From Candidatus Heimdallarchaeota archaeon (GTDB lineage Archaea; Asgardarchaeota; Heimdallarchaeia; Hodarchaeales; Hodarchaeaceae), in assembly GCA_019057635.1 (NCBI GenBank), contig DXJL01000206.1, positions 11,112-35,111 on the forward strand: 24,000 nt of DNA. Reading direction: 5' to 3'. A model generated the notes under the pieces. It did not search any database. It saw nothing but the letters and a program-made list of their open reading frames with translations, and was not told where the DNA came from. Positions 9,355-16,981 of the stretch are shown piece by piece (the stretch's first letter is position 1; each line of letters opens with the position of its first letter). The position numbers and the translations under genes were made by a program.

Positions 9355-9627
9355 TTATTGCTCAAGATTTGTTGATATAACCGGGGATTTTGTATCCTCT
9401 TCCTCTTTTATTTCGGGAGGTAAAAAGAAATAAGTAACAAGAGTGAAAATGAAAATAATAAGCAAAATAATTAAAAGAAAAACACCATCAAATGGTATAA
9501 ATGGAACTAGTGGTCCAAGAATTATGACCATAAATCCAATAATCATGGATGATATAACGGCCACAAGAATTCCTCGAAGGATTTTAAATAATGAATTTTC
9601 AACCATTGTATGCACCGTCTTTAGCAA
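9355..9627 (-). CDS. Small membrane protein (two predicted TM helices), function unknown
   Basis: 90-aa ORF with two long hydrophobic stretches and an acidic tail. It fits between nadC (5-nt gap) and the acyltransferase (5-nt gap) on the same strand. Confidence 0.6.
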   Translation of the reverse strand: MLKTVHTMVENSLFKILRGILVAVISSMIIGFMVIILGPLVPFIPFDGVFLLIILLIIFIFTLVTYFFLPPEIKEEEDTKSPVISTNLEQ

Positions 9628-9632
9628 AAAAC

Positions 9633-10532
9633 TTATGTTTGAATTTTTAACGAGAAATCTAAAGATCTTACTGAATGAGTCAAAGCACCAATTGAAATTA
9701 TATCTATTCCTTTTATCAAGTATTTCTCGATATTTTCTGTTTTTATTCCTCCACTGATTTCAATAAGGGGTTTCCTCTCAGTAATCCGATCATTCATAAA
9801 GGAAATTGCTTGTTGAATTTTTTCTGGAGTAAAATTATCAAGCATAATCACATCAGGGTGTAAATTTAGCACATTTTTAAATTCTTCAAGTGTTTCTACT
9901 TCGATATCAATTTTTTTACTGAATGATGATAGCTGTTGATATTTTGTAAGAATTTTTGCAATTGATTCTCCCTCAAATATCGCTAAGTGGTTTTCTTTTA
10001 TTAAAATTTCATCAGAGAGACTCCAACGATGTGTGTCGCCGCCACCAACTTTAACTGCATATTTTTCGAAATATCTGAAGCCAGGAGTCGTTTTACGAGT
10101 TGATGCAATTCTTAAGGACGCATCAGAGGTTGCGACCATGTTTACTAGTCGTTTAGTTTGTGTAGTAATACCCGATAATCGCATAATGATATTTAATATT
10201 GTCCGTTCAACCATGAGTATCATTTTACTACTTCCTCCAATAGTAAGAACGATATCATTCTGAACTACCTGATCTCCGTCATGTTTAATTGTTTTTACTT
10301 CTAAACCGACGGCTTCTAGCAGAATAAGCGCGAATTCAAGGCCACAAACATATCCTTGTTCTTTTGCAATAAGATTGGCTTGGACAATTCTATCTGGTGT
10401 TATATCAGTGGTAACATCCCCAAATTCAAGATCTTCTTGGAGAAATTGCAGTAATTTTTTTTCTAGTAATTTAGGAGGAAAATACGCCAAGTTTTTCACC
10501 TTTATGAAGCTGATTAGTGCTTTAAAATTCAA
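9633..10532 (-). CDS. nadC: Nicotinate-nucleotide pyrophosphorylase (carboxylating), quinolinate phosphoribosyltransferase
   Basis: 299 aa with EDLEFGDVTT near the N-terminus, STRKTTPGFR and LIKENH. These match NadC signature regions. The start codon is TTG (10530-10532 read caa on the plus strand), and there is no nearby in-frame ATG. Confidence 0.9.
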   Translation of the reverse strand: MNFKALISFIKVKNLAYFPPKLLEKKLLQFLQEDLEFGDVTTDITPDRIVQANLIAKEQGYVCGLEFALILLEAVGLEVKTIKHDGDQVVQNDIVLTIGGSSKMILMVERTILNIIMRLSGITTQTKRLVNMVATSDASLRIASTRKTTPGFRYFEKYAVKVGGGDTHRWSLSDEILIKENHLAIFEGESIAKILTKYQQLSSFSKKIDIEVETLEEFKNVLNLHPDVIMLDNFTPEKIQQAISFMNDRITERKPLIEISGGIKTENIEKYLIKGIDIISIGALTHSVRSLDFSLKIQT

Positions 10533-10610
10533 AAAGGGCTTCTGAATTTATTATGATATAAATTTTCGATTGATTTGTTTTCTAACATTCACGAGAAATA
10601 TCAATTGAAG

Positions 10611-10847
10611 CATGACTAAATTTGTCAGACAACGCAGTAAAACCGCGTTCTGGACAGGATGAGTCACACATCCGCTATCCGGAAAAAACCAATTCAAATG
10701 GTGAATTTGTTTTCGAGGGACTACTTGTTTCTATGGGGTTGGCGTTCTCTCTTGATTCCTCGAATTTCTGAAACCACTGGCCTTACCCCCCTCGCCTTTG
10801 ACGGGTAACTCGTCTAACGTAGTTACGAGGAAGGTACTCCAGGAGTC
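10611..10847 (-). repeat. Copy 1 of a ~237-nt GC-enriched structured repeat (inverted relative to copy 2 at 20801-21037)
   Basis: The reverse complement aligns with 20801-21037 at about 85% identity by hand alignment (about 36 differences, including two 1-nt indels). Blocks of 20-38 nt are perfectly conserved. Strand is given relative to copy 2 only. Confidence 0.85.
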
Positions 10848-10972
10848 TTGAGCTCTATTCTGTTCATCACCTCCAATTCTTGAGGAATTTAGGGGAGGAG
10901 TCCTTTTAAGGTTTTCAGACAGAGAGTGAGGTGAAAATGAGAATATGAGTTTGTCGGACAAATTTGACCATG
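10611..10972. mobile_element. MITE-like non-autonomous element: 362 bp bounded by imperfect 22-bp terminal inverted repeats
   Basis: The left end is CATGACTAAATTTGTCAGACAA (10611-10632). The reverse complement of the right end (10951-10972) is CATGGTCAAATTTGTCCGACAA, matching 18/22. Each end holds a small palindrome, TTGTC-N-GACAA. No transposase is present, and no clear target-site duplication was seen. Confidence 0.45.
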
Positions 10973-11073
10973 TTTTTGTTATCATTGGAGGAGAAAGGAT
11001 GATAAACTTTTTATTTAGAGAATTTTTACGAAAATACCAAAGAAATACCAATTTCTAAGCTCGAGGATTTAAA

Positions 11074-11760
11074 TTGAAAGTTTCATGTTTAATATCAGGA
11101 GGGAAAGACTCAGTTTTTGCATTATGGTGCGCCCTTCACCAATTTGAGGTTATTTCGCTTATAAATATTCAAGCTAGAACCTCTGATAGCTTTCTTTTTC
11201 ACATCCCGAACACCCAGTACGTATCCTTAATTGCAGAAATGTTGGGTTTACCACTCCTTACAGTAAAAACTGCTTTCTCTAGTGTGAATGAAGAAACATC
11301 AATGTTAAAGCAAATATTCATTGATTCTGAGGCAGAAGCCATAATTACTGGAGGTATTAGATCAGAATTTCAAAGGTACAAGTTCAATTATGCGGCTTTG
11401 CAAGCTAATGTGAAGTGTTTTAATCCACTTTGGCGTCTTACACCTAGAACTCTTATGGATGAACTGCTAACAAACCATTTCCATATTATTCTTGTTTCTG
11501 TTTCTGCAATGGGTTTCGGGAAAGACCTCTTAGGTAAGAAGCTAACGCCTAAGAAATTAAATATGCTTAGGGCCTCAAATACGGTTTCAGAATTAGCAAC
11601 GACAGGAGAAGGAGGAGAATATGAATCATTTGTATTGAATGCTCCATTCTTTCCCTCCCGTATTATTGTGGATAAAGCCAAAGTACATTGGAACGAATTC
11701 AGGGAGGAAGGGCACTTCGAGATAATTAAAGCATATTTGGAACTTAAAAGACCTAGATGA
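11074..11760 (+). CDS. Dph6-like diphthine-ammonia ligase / MJ0570-family ATP-binding (PP-loop) protein
   Basis: The N-terminus KVSCLISGGKDS is a PP-loop SGGKDS motif, and TTGEGGEYESFVLNAPFF matches the family C-terminal motif. The TTG start is preceded by GAGGA at 6-nt spacing. Confidence 0.85.
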   Translation: MKVSCLISGGKDSVFALWCALHQFEVISLINIQARTSDSFLFHIPNTQYVSLIAEMLGLPLLTVKTAFSSVNEETSMLKQIFIDSEAEAIITGGIRSEFQRYKFNYAALQANVKCFNPLWRLTPRTLMDELLTNHFHIILVSVSAMGFGKDLLGKKLTPKKLNMLRASNTVSELATTGEGGEYESFVLNAPFFPSRIIVDKAKVHWNEFREEGHFEIIKAYLELKRPR

Positions 11761-11763
11761 TAA

Positions 11764-12627
11764 CTACAGTGGTTCATAAGTTACCGATAGGCTTTCTATT
11801 GCTAAAATGCTTCCATTATCATTATCAGACAATGTAACAAAAATCAAATAAGGTTCTCCAGGATCAGTCAATTCGGATGAATTCAATTGGAAAAGATCCC
11901 CCTGAAAAGTGATTGATTCGAACCCTTCCAACGTAAAGATATGTGAACTACTGTTGATACTATTCATTATGAAGAATAATCCGCTTGAGGAAGCTACAGA
12001 AAAATCTAACCGCAAATTCATATCCATACTTCCATTATTACTCAAAGAAAAGTTCATCGTTAGTCCTTCCTGACTAAAAACTTGTGATGGATTTAATGAA
12101 ACCAGAGTAGTTGGCCCATAGGTGTCTCCAATGGTTAACACATCAGAGCTGAATGTTTTTGCGGATCTAGAGCTAGTTTTTCCTTGCGGAAACACAGTAA
12201 CTTCAATAAAAATTGTGTCATTCCCAGGAATTAATTCATTCTGATCGATCGTGTTATCGCATGTAAGAGGAATTGTTTCAATGGCTAAACCTGGCAAGAG
12301 AATTTTCGATTGATCCATATACCAACCTAGAATTGGGGTTCTATTGAAATAAAAAAGCGAAAATGCATCAGCAGATATTTCAACGTTTGTTCTTTCGGTA
12401 TTCTGTAAAGTTATATCAAATCTATCAACTTTGATATCACTATCAGTGGTTTCAAAAGAAGAGACGGCTATAACTTCAACACCTAAAGGATCAGGAGCAT
12501 TAATGGTACCAAACATCACTAAGGCAACTCCTAATCCAGCAACTACTACAAGTCCAATTAAAAGAACAGTGGCAATTACAGGACTAATTCCTCTTTTTGT
12601 TTTTTTAGTAATAAGCCAATTCTTCAT
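11764..12627 (-). CDS. Archaeal type IV pilin-like protein (class III signal peptide), secreted or cell-surface
   Basis: The N-terminus MKNWLITKKTKRGISPVIATVLLIGLVVVAGLGVALVMF is the archaeal pilin/archaellin-type prepilin signal (KRG/ISPVIATVLLI). The rest is S/T/N-rich and beta-like with N-x-S/T sequons. The ATG at 12627 is preferred over the GTG at 12642. A TTTAAAAA box lies about 20 nt upstream, suggesting a leaderless or short-leader mRNA. Confidence 0.8.
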   Translation of the reverse strand: MKNWLITKKTKRGISPVIATVLLIGLVVVAGLGVALVMFGTINAPDPLGVEVIAVSSFETTDSDIKVDRFDITLQNTERTNVEISADAFSLFYFNRTPILGWYMDQSKILLPGLAIETIPLTCDNTIDQNELIPGNDTIFIEVTVFPQGKTSSRSAKTFSSDVLTIGDTYGPTTLVSLNPSQVFSQEGLTMNFSLSNNGSMDMNLRLDFSVASSSGLFFIMNSINSSSHIFTLEGFESITFQGDLFQLNSSELTDPGEPYLIFVTLSDNDNGSILAIESLSVTYEPL

Positions 12628-12923
12628 TGTTTCACATCTCACATCTTTTTTTAAATAGGGGTGATATTTACATAAAGGGAGAAATTAGTAAAGGAAATTC
12701 AACGAAATTGAAAATCAATCGTATTATGATCTTTGTCCAAGTCTTCTCTTTTTTATCTTTCCTAACAAACATAAATCCTGATTCTGATTTTTCTCCTTCA
12801 ATTTTCGTAAGTTCATTTTTTAGTCTGTTATTACTGGAATAATTTTAAGATTCGCTCATTTTCCTTATCGATAGTAAAATAATTGAACCGGAACATCAAT
12901 AAAGTTATCAGCGCAAAGCTTTT

Positions 12924-12990
12924 CTGCTAAGCCGGACGGTAATCAGCTTCATCGCAACGGGAAGGCCTCTGCTGACCGATACATTAGCAG
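12924..12990. ncRNA. Candidate structured RNA or long imperfect hairpin in a GC-enriched intergenic island
   Basis: A three-tier stem can be drawn: CTGCTAA(12924-12930)/TTAGCAG(12984-12990), CGGT-aat-CAGC/GCTGACCG, and CTTC/GAAG. A T-rich tract (TCTTTATT) follows on the plus strand. The class and the strand are unknown. Confidence 0.25.
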
Positions 12991-13020
12991 TCTTTATTGA
13001 AAAGATCCTCTAGTCTTGTT

Positions 13021-14859
13021 TTACCATCGTGAAAAACCAATTCCACAAGTTTCCGATATAAGTAACAAGAATAAAGCAATTTCCTCCATTTCTTGATTTG
13101 ATTCTGATGCAACAAACACAACTCCTTCTCCCTGATATAATGGTTGCATAATCATTGATAGTATTGCATCTAACGTTTTACCCAGAGTCCACAAAGCTTC
13201 TGTTTCAATTTGCTCACGAATTTCTTTTTCATAAATGAAAGTCTTAAATTTTGACGGAATTTTTTCCTTAATAAAATCACGATTGGGAGGAATTACCAAA
13301 ATGGCTCCTTCTCTTGGTATGTTAAATCTTGAAGATAGTGTTTTAATATTCAGTTCTACTTGAGTAAGATATTCTACGATGCTTAGCCATAATATTCCCC
13401 GTAAAGCAATTTTTTCATTTTCAGAAGAAACCCCTAAAGACACTGAACGTTCGTTGATTTCTAGGCTTCCTTCAACCCTTGCTGCTAAGTCTTTTAACGA
13501 ATCATTTATGCTTTCGAGTCTTGGTCCATATGTAGAGATATGATATTCAAAGCGATCACGCTTGCGGAACAAACTAACTGTAATGTTTGATTCACTAGAA
13601 GGTACAACGCTTGTTGGTGAGAGTTCAAGGGCCATGGGTGATGTATCTAGAACTACTGGAATGTCAGCGAAATTGTATTGTAAACCGCTCTCTCTGTTTT
13701 TCTGTAGTTTGGCTTTAAGTCCGGGACTTAAGGCCTCTATCGTGATAGAGCGTTTAATAACAGGTTTAACTATCGGTTGTTTTGTTGGAATTGCATCTGG
13801 CTCAGAATCTAGTTCAATAATAGGTGGTGGTGTGGTTTCTTCAATCGCTGGAGTACCAATTGATGAGGATTGTGTCTGTAACTTATCTCTTCCAACAACT
13901 AGTTCTTGAAGTTCGGGAGGTTCCGTAGTTTCTATTTCTATTGATGGAGGAGTAAGTTCTCGCATCTTATACATGACTGGAGCTGACATTGTTACTACAA
14001 TGTCTTTTCCAGGTTGTATTACTGTTGATAGTAATACATTGTTTCTGAGATAATTATCCTCACTTGAGGGAAACAGTGCCATGGATTGAGCTATCTCTCG
14101 GGCATCCTCATTATCAATGAATTTTCTCATTTTTGCTGTATTGGTGTTCTCACCAAAAATTCTGCTAAGGACGTCATAAACATGCTCTCCTGCATTTGCA
14201 GAAAAATACTGTTTGAGAGGTGATTCCAAACCGAAAATCAATATATTATCATTTTCCTCAACTCCAGGTATAGGAGTAAACGACAGAACTCGCGAAGTCT
14301 TGGAAGCATCTATAATGGATAAAAGATCGCTTGTGTCATTTGGGTCGATGAAAACCAGTCTGGACACGACACTCTCAACCCCATATCTCAGATCATGAGC
14401 AAAAGCTGTAAGTAATACCAAAGCAGAAAGCATGCCATCTGGTGTTCGAGGAATGACATATATAGAATTTGCAGGAGATGTCAATAATTGATAAAAGGTA
14501 TCTAACTGTCTATTTTGAGCATCTAAGACATTTCCTTCCAGAAATTGTTCTACCAATTTTAATACAATTCCCATGGTAGGTACTACTTGACGAGCACTTT
14601 TCTCTATAGGGATCAGCACAATTGCTACAAGATCGTCAGTTCTTCTTACCTGTGGGAATAAAAATACCATCCGATGATTGGCAAATCTAATAAAGTGAAT
14701 TCTTTCACCTCCCATAATCTTCTTTGAAAAAAGGGTGAGAACTTGGGTAACTGTTGCACTGATTTTTGAGTGTCGAGATAAAAGACCTTTACCGGAGCTA
14801 AAAATTACTCTATTTTGGTGAACGACAAGGAGATCGGTAGAACCCATTTGTGTATCCAT
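13021..14859 (-). CDS. Large multi-domain protein with N-terminal Roadblock/LC7 (MglB/longin-like) domain(s), Pro-rich linker and C-terminal alpha/beta domain
   Basis: 612-aa ORF with an ATG start. Residues ~8-105 (LLVVHQNRVIFSSGKG...SATVTQVLTLFSKKIMGGERIHFIRFANHRMVFLFPQV...LVAIVLIPIEKSARQVVPTMGIVLKLVEQF) follow the Roadblock pattern beta-alpha-beta-beta-alpha. A second similar segment lies at ~130-175. The linker at ~300-370 is rich in P, E, T and I. The domain call is by eye only. Confidence 0.8.
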   Translation of the reverse strand: MDTQMGSTDLLVVHQNRVIFSSGKGLLSRHSKISATVTQVLTLFSKKIMGGERIHFIRFANHRMVFLFPQVRRTDDLVAIVLIPIEKSARQVVPTMGIVLKLVEQFLEGNVLDAQNRQLDTFYQLLTSPANSIYVIPRTPDGMLSALVLLTAFAHDLRYGVESVVSRLVFIDPNDTSDLLSIIDASKTSRVLSFTPIPGVEENDNILIFGLESPLKQYFSANAGEHVYDVLSRIFGENTNTAKMRKFIDNEDAREIAQSMALFPSSEDNYLRNNVLLSTVIQPGKDIVVTMSAPVMYKMRELTPPSIEIETTEPPELQELVVGRDKLQTQSSSIGTPAIEETTPPPIIELDSEPDAIPTKQPIVKPVIKRSITIEALSPGLKAKLQKNRESGLQYNFADIPVVLDTSPMALELSPTSVVPSSESNITVSLFRKRDRFEYHISTYGPRLESINDSLKDLAARVEGSLEINERSVSLGVSSENEKIALRGILWLSIVEYLTQVELNIKTLSSRFNIPREGAILVIPPNRDFIKEKIPSKFKTFIYEKEIREQIETEALWTLGKTLDAILSMIMQPLYQGEGVVFVASESNQEMEEIALFLLLISETCGIGFSRW

Positions 14860-14901
14860 GGTAATTCATTGGAATATTCTATAAGCTTGCTTATTAAGGT
14901 T

Positions 14902-15531
14902 TCAGGATCTAAAATTTGAAAGCTTAAAATCACCTTTTCGTAGGATTATTGGATCATCAGGGGACGTTATATCAATAATAGTTGAAGGTGATCTTTGTGG
15001 TAAAATACCTTGATCAATCCACAAATTTACGCCTCTTGTTGAAAGATCATTAAATACTTCAGAAAAATTTATACTTGGTTCGTGACCTGAGGTATTTGCT
15101 GAAGTACCGACAATTGGAGCCTCTATATTTCGTATAATACTTAGTAGAATATCATGTGCTGGTACACGACATGCAATAGTATTGTTACCAGATGTGTTTA
15201 AGTATGGAGATAGTTCTTTCAGGCCAGACATTTTCCAATTCACAATAAACGTAATTGAAGCAGGCCAGATATCTCTAAGACGATTGATAACGCTGTCAGG
15301 AGCCTCTATATATTGACATATCATATCTAAGGTTATTAATACACTTAATGGCTTTTCAAAAGACCTTTTCTTAATTTTAAAGATCTTCTGTACATTTTTG
15401 TTGTTTTGTTTTGTGGCAATAGTTCCTAATCCATAAACTGTATCAGTAGGAAATACAGCAATATCCCCTCTCCTCATTAATAAAGCAGCTTTACTTACTA
15501 TTTCAGGATCACTAGTATCAATAATTATCAA
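14902..15531 (-). CDS. tsaC: L-threonylcarbamoyladenylate synthase, YrdC/Sua5 family (YrdC domain only)
   Basis: 209 aa with the motifs GDIAVFPTDTVYGLG, SVLI, RVP and GTSANTSG. The TTG start is preceded by GAGAGGA. Confidence 0.9.
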   Translation of the reverse strand: MIIIDTSDPEIVSKAALLMRRGDIAVFPTDTVYGLGTIATKQNNKNVQKIFKIKKRSFEKPLSVLITLDMICQYIEAPDSVINRLRDIWPASITFIVNWKMSGLKELSPYLNTSGNNTIACRVPAHDILLSIIRNIEAPIVGTSANTSGHEPSINFSEVFNDLSTRGVNLWIDQGILPQRSPSTIIDITSPDDPIILRKGDFKLSNFRS

Positions 15532-15606
15532 GCGAATTCCTCTCTCAAAATTTTCATATGAGGAATTTAAAAATTCGTAATGAAAATTAGTAATATATTC
15601 TTTCAG

Positions 15607-16416
15607 TTATTGCTGTTGTTTCATCATGTGAATAATGATTTCTCTTACGAGGCTTTCTACTGGTTTTATCACGCGATTTACGCTTGTAGGTCTATATTCT
15701 TTTTTCAACCTACCATTTTCATTTACTATTTTACTCCGATCACTACTGGAAAGGAGTAGTTTCAAATCGTCACGTGCCTTCAGGCATGAAACTTCAATAA
15801 TTCTGACCGCTGCATCTCTTAAACTGGTCACTGCACCAGATTCACTCAACAATTTTCCCACTTCAAATGAAGAAATGCGTTGTTCAACGGGGAGGTCCAT
15901 TTTGTTTAGCATAATATGATATGGTAAAGAGCCGCTCGCTAGTTTATCTCCAACAAGGTCATTAATTTCTCGAAGTGCAAATTTATTTTCCTCCCATCTA
16001 GATTTTTCAGAATCAACAACACAAATTAATCCATGGGCTCCTCTTAAGACAACTTTCCTCTGTCCTGAGTGACGTTCCTGACCAGGCACAGTAAATAAAT
16101 GATATTTTAAAATAGGGAGACCTGCACTCGTTCTACCAATTCCAAAAATACCCTGATCAAAGAAAAGAGTGCGTCCTGTTGGATCTTCCAATTTTAAGAA
16201 TTTATAGACATTTTCTGGATCTTCAAGGCTTTTTAACACCTTTGTTATTGTTAAAGCTGTGGTTTTCCCTGCTAGAGTAGGTCCCCAAAATACAATTTTA
16301 ACTACAGGGATTCCTTGGTGATCTCTTTTTATTGTTTCAAAGGTAGATTGTGCCTGCATGGTAAACACCTTGTTATGGATAGGGATGGATGTGTGTATGC
16401 AAAAGAGCTTTTTCAA
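15607..16416 (-). CDS. MglA-like small GTPase (Ras superfamily, MglA/Arf-like branch) with C-terminal extension
   Basis: G1 is VFWGPTLAGKTT. The segments RTLFFDQ and HLFTVPGQERH parallel MglA (RTLFFDF, HLYTVPGQVFY). G4 is LNKMDL. An alternative start at the ATG at 16359 (MQAQSTFET...) is preceded by GGTG and may be the true start. Confidence 0.88.
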   Translation of the reverse strand: MKKLFCIHTSIPIHNKVFTMQAQSTFETIKRDHQGIPVVKIVFWGPTLAGKTTALTITKVLKSLEDPENVYKFLKLEDPTGRTLFFDQGIFGIGRTSAGLPILKYHLFTVPGQERHSGQRKVVLRGAHGLICVVDSEKSRWEENKFALREINDLVGDKLASGSLPYHIMLNKMDLPVEQRISSFEVGKLLSESGAVTSLRDAAVRIIEVSCLKARDDLKLLLSSSDRSKIVNENGRLKKEYRPTSVNRVIKPVESLVREIIIHMMKQQQ

Positions 16417-16420
16417 ATTA

Positions 16421-16981
16421 TTAAGATATATTATCTTTCTCTATAACTTGTTTTGCTAAGCTATGGAAAATTTCAGTAATTTCGGAACCCCCCTCTTTTG
16501 CTGAGGTTTCATAATATGACATATTTAGTTCATCAGCAACTTTTCGGGCATCTTTTTCAGATACTACTCTTTCATCAACGAGATCGTTTTTATTTCCAGC
16601 TAAAGCAATGGGAACAGTTGGTGGGATGTACTTAGTAAATTCGGTTAACCATTTCGGAATCGCCTCGAAAGACTTTTCATCAGTAAGTGCAAACATAATC
16701 AAGCAAGCTGTAGCTCCTCGGTAATAGCTCGGTCTTAATTTGCCAAAGAACTCCTGTCCAGCAGTGTCTACTAAGATTAATTTAACTTGACTGTTATTAA
16801 CCTCAATCTTCTTTGTTGTAATGTCAACACCTAGCGTTGGTAAATAATTGGTTTCGAATTTGTTCTCTGCAAATCTACGGATGAGGGATGTTTTTCCTAC
16901 ACTCCCAGATCCAATTGCACAAATTTTGAGTAAGTATTCATTAGTATTTGTCAAAGATGAAACTCCTATTAATACTGTCAT
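16421..16981 (-). CDS. Rab/Ras-like small GTPase
   Basis: G1 is GSGSVGKTS, switch I is YLPTLGVD, G3 is DTAGQE, G4 is GNKNDL and G5 is ETSAK. There is no C-terminal Cys for prenylation. The ATG overlaps the upstream gene's stop (ATGA at 16978-16981). Confidence 0.92.
   Translation of the reverse strand: MTVLIGVSSLTNTNEYLLKICAIGSGSVGKTSLIRRFAENKFETNYLPTLGVDITTKKIEVNNSQVKLILVDTAGQEFFGKLRPSYYRGATACLIMFALTDEKSFEAIPKWLTEFTKYIPPTVPIALAGNKNDLVDERVVSEKDARKVADELNMSYYETSAKEGGSEITEIFHSLAKQVIEKDNIS

Noticed and set aside
10611-10847. Known structured RNAs (SRP RNA, RNase P RNA, group II intron domain V, tRNA-like SINE) for the repeat
   Set aside because: I could not find the conserved cores: no GAGGAAAGUCC-type CR-I, no SRP helix-8 motifs, no domain V consensus and no T-arm GTTCRAATC. 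Two copies at 85% identity would also be odd for single-copy essential RNAs. This is a check by eye only, and Rfam scanning is still needed.
10731-11051. 106-aa minus-strand ORF overlapping the repeat element
   Set aside because: The homologous copy at 20801-21037 carries no corresponding ORF, and indels between the copies would break the frame. The sequence has no recognisable protein features, so the region is better explained as a non-coding repeat.
12627-12842. 71-aa plus-strand ORF in the spacer upstream of the pilin-like gene
   Set aside because: It is AT-rich low-complexity sequence (F/S/L/I-rich). It overlaps the likely pilin promoter and has no RBS or motifs.
12924-12990. Box C/D or H/ACA guide RNA in the GC-rich intergenic hairpin
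   Set aside because: The minus strand has GATGAAGCTGA, but the C-like and D-like boxes are adjacent, with no 10-12-nt guide spacing. On the plus strand an ACA follows the stem, but the internal loops (3 and 6 nt) are too small for a pseudouridylation pocket.
13562-14398. Antisense ORFs (115 and 61 aa) opposite the 612-aa gene
   Set aside because: These are shadow ORFs. The 115-aa one mirrors the Pro/Thr-rich linker and gives G/S-rich nonsense.
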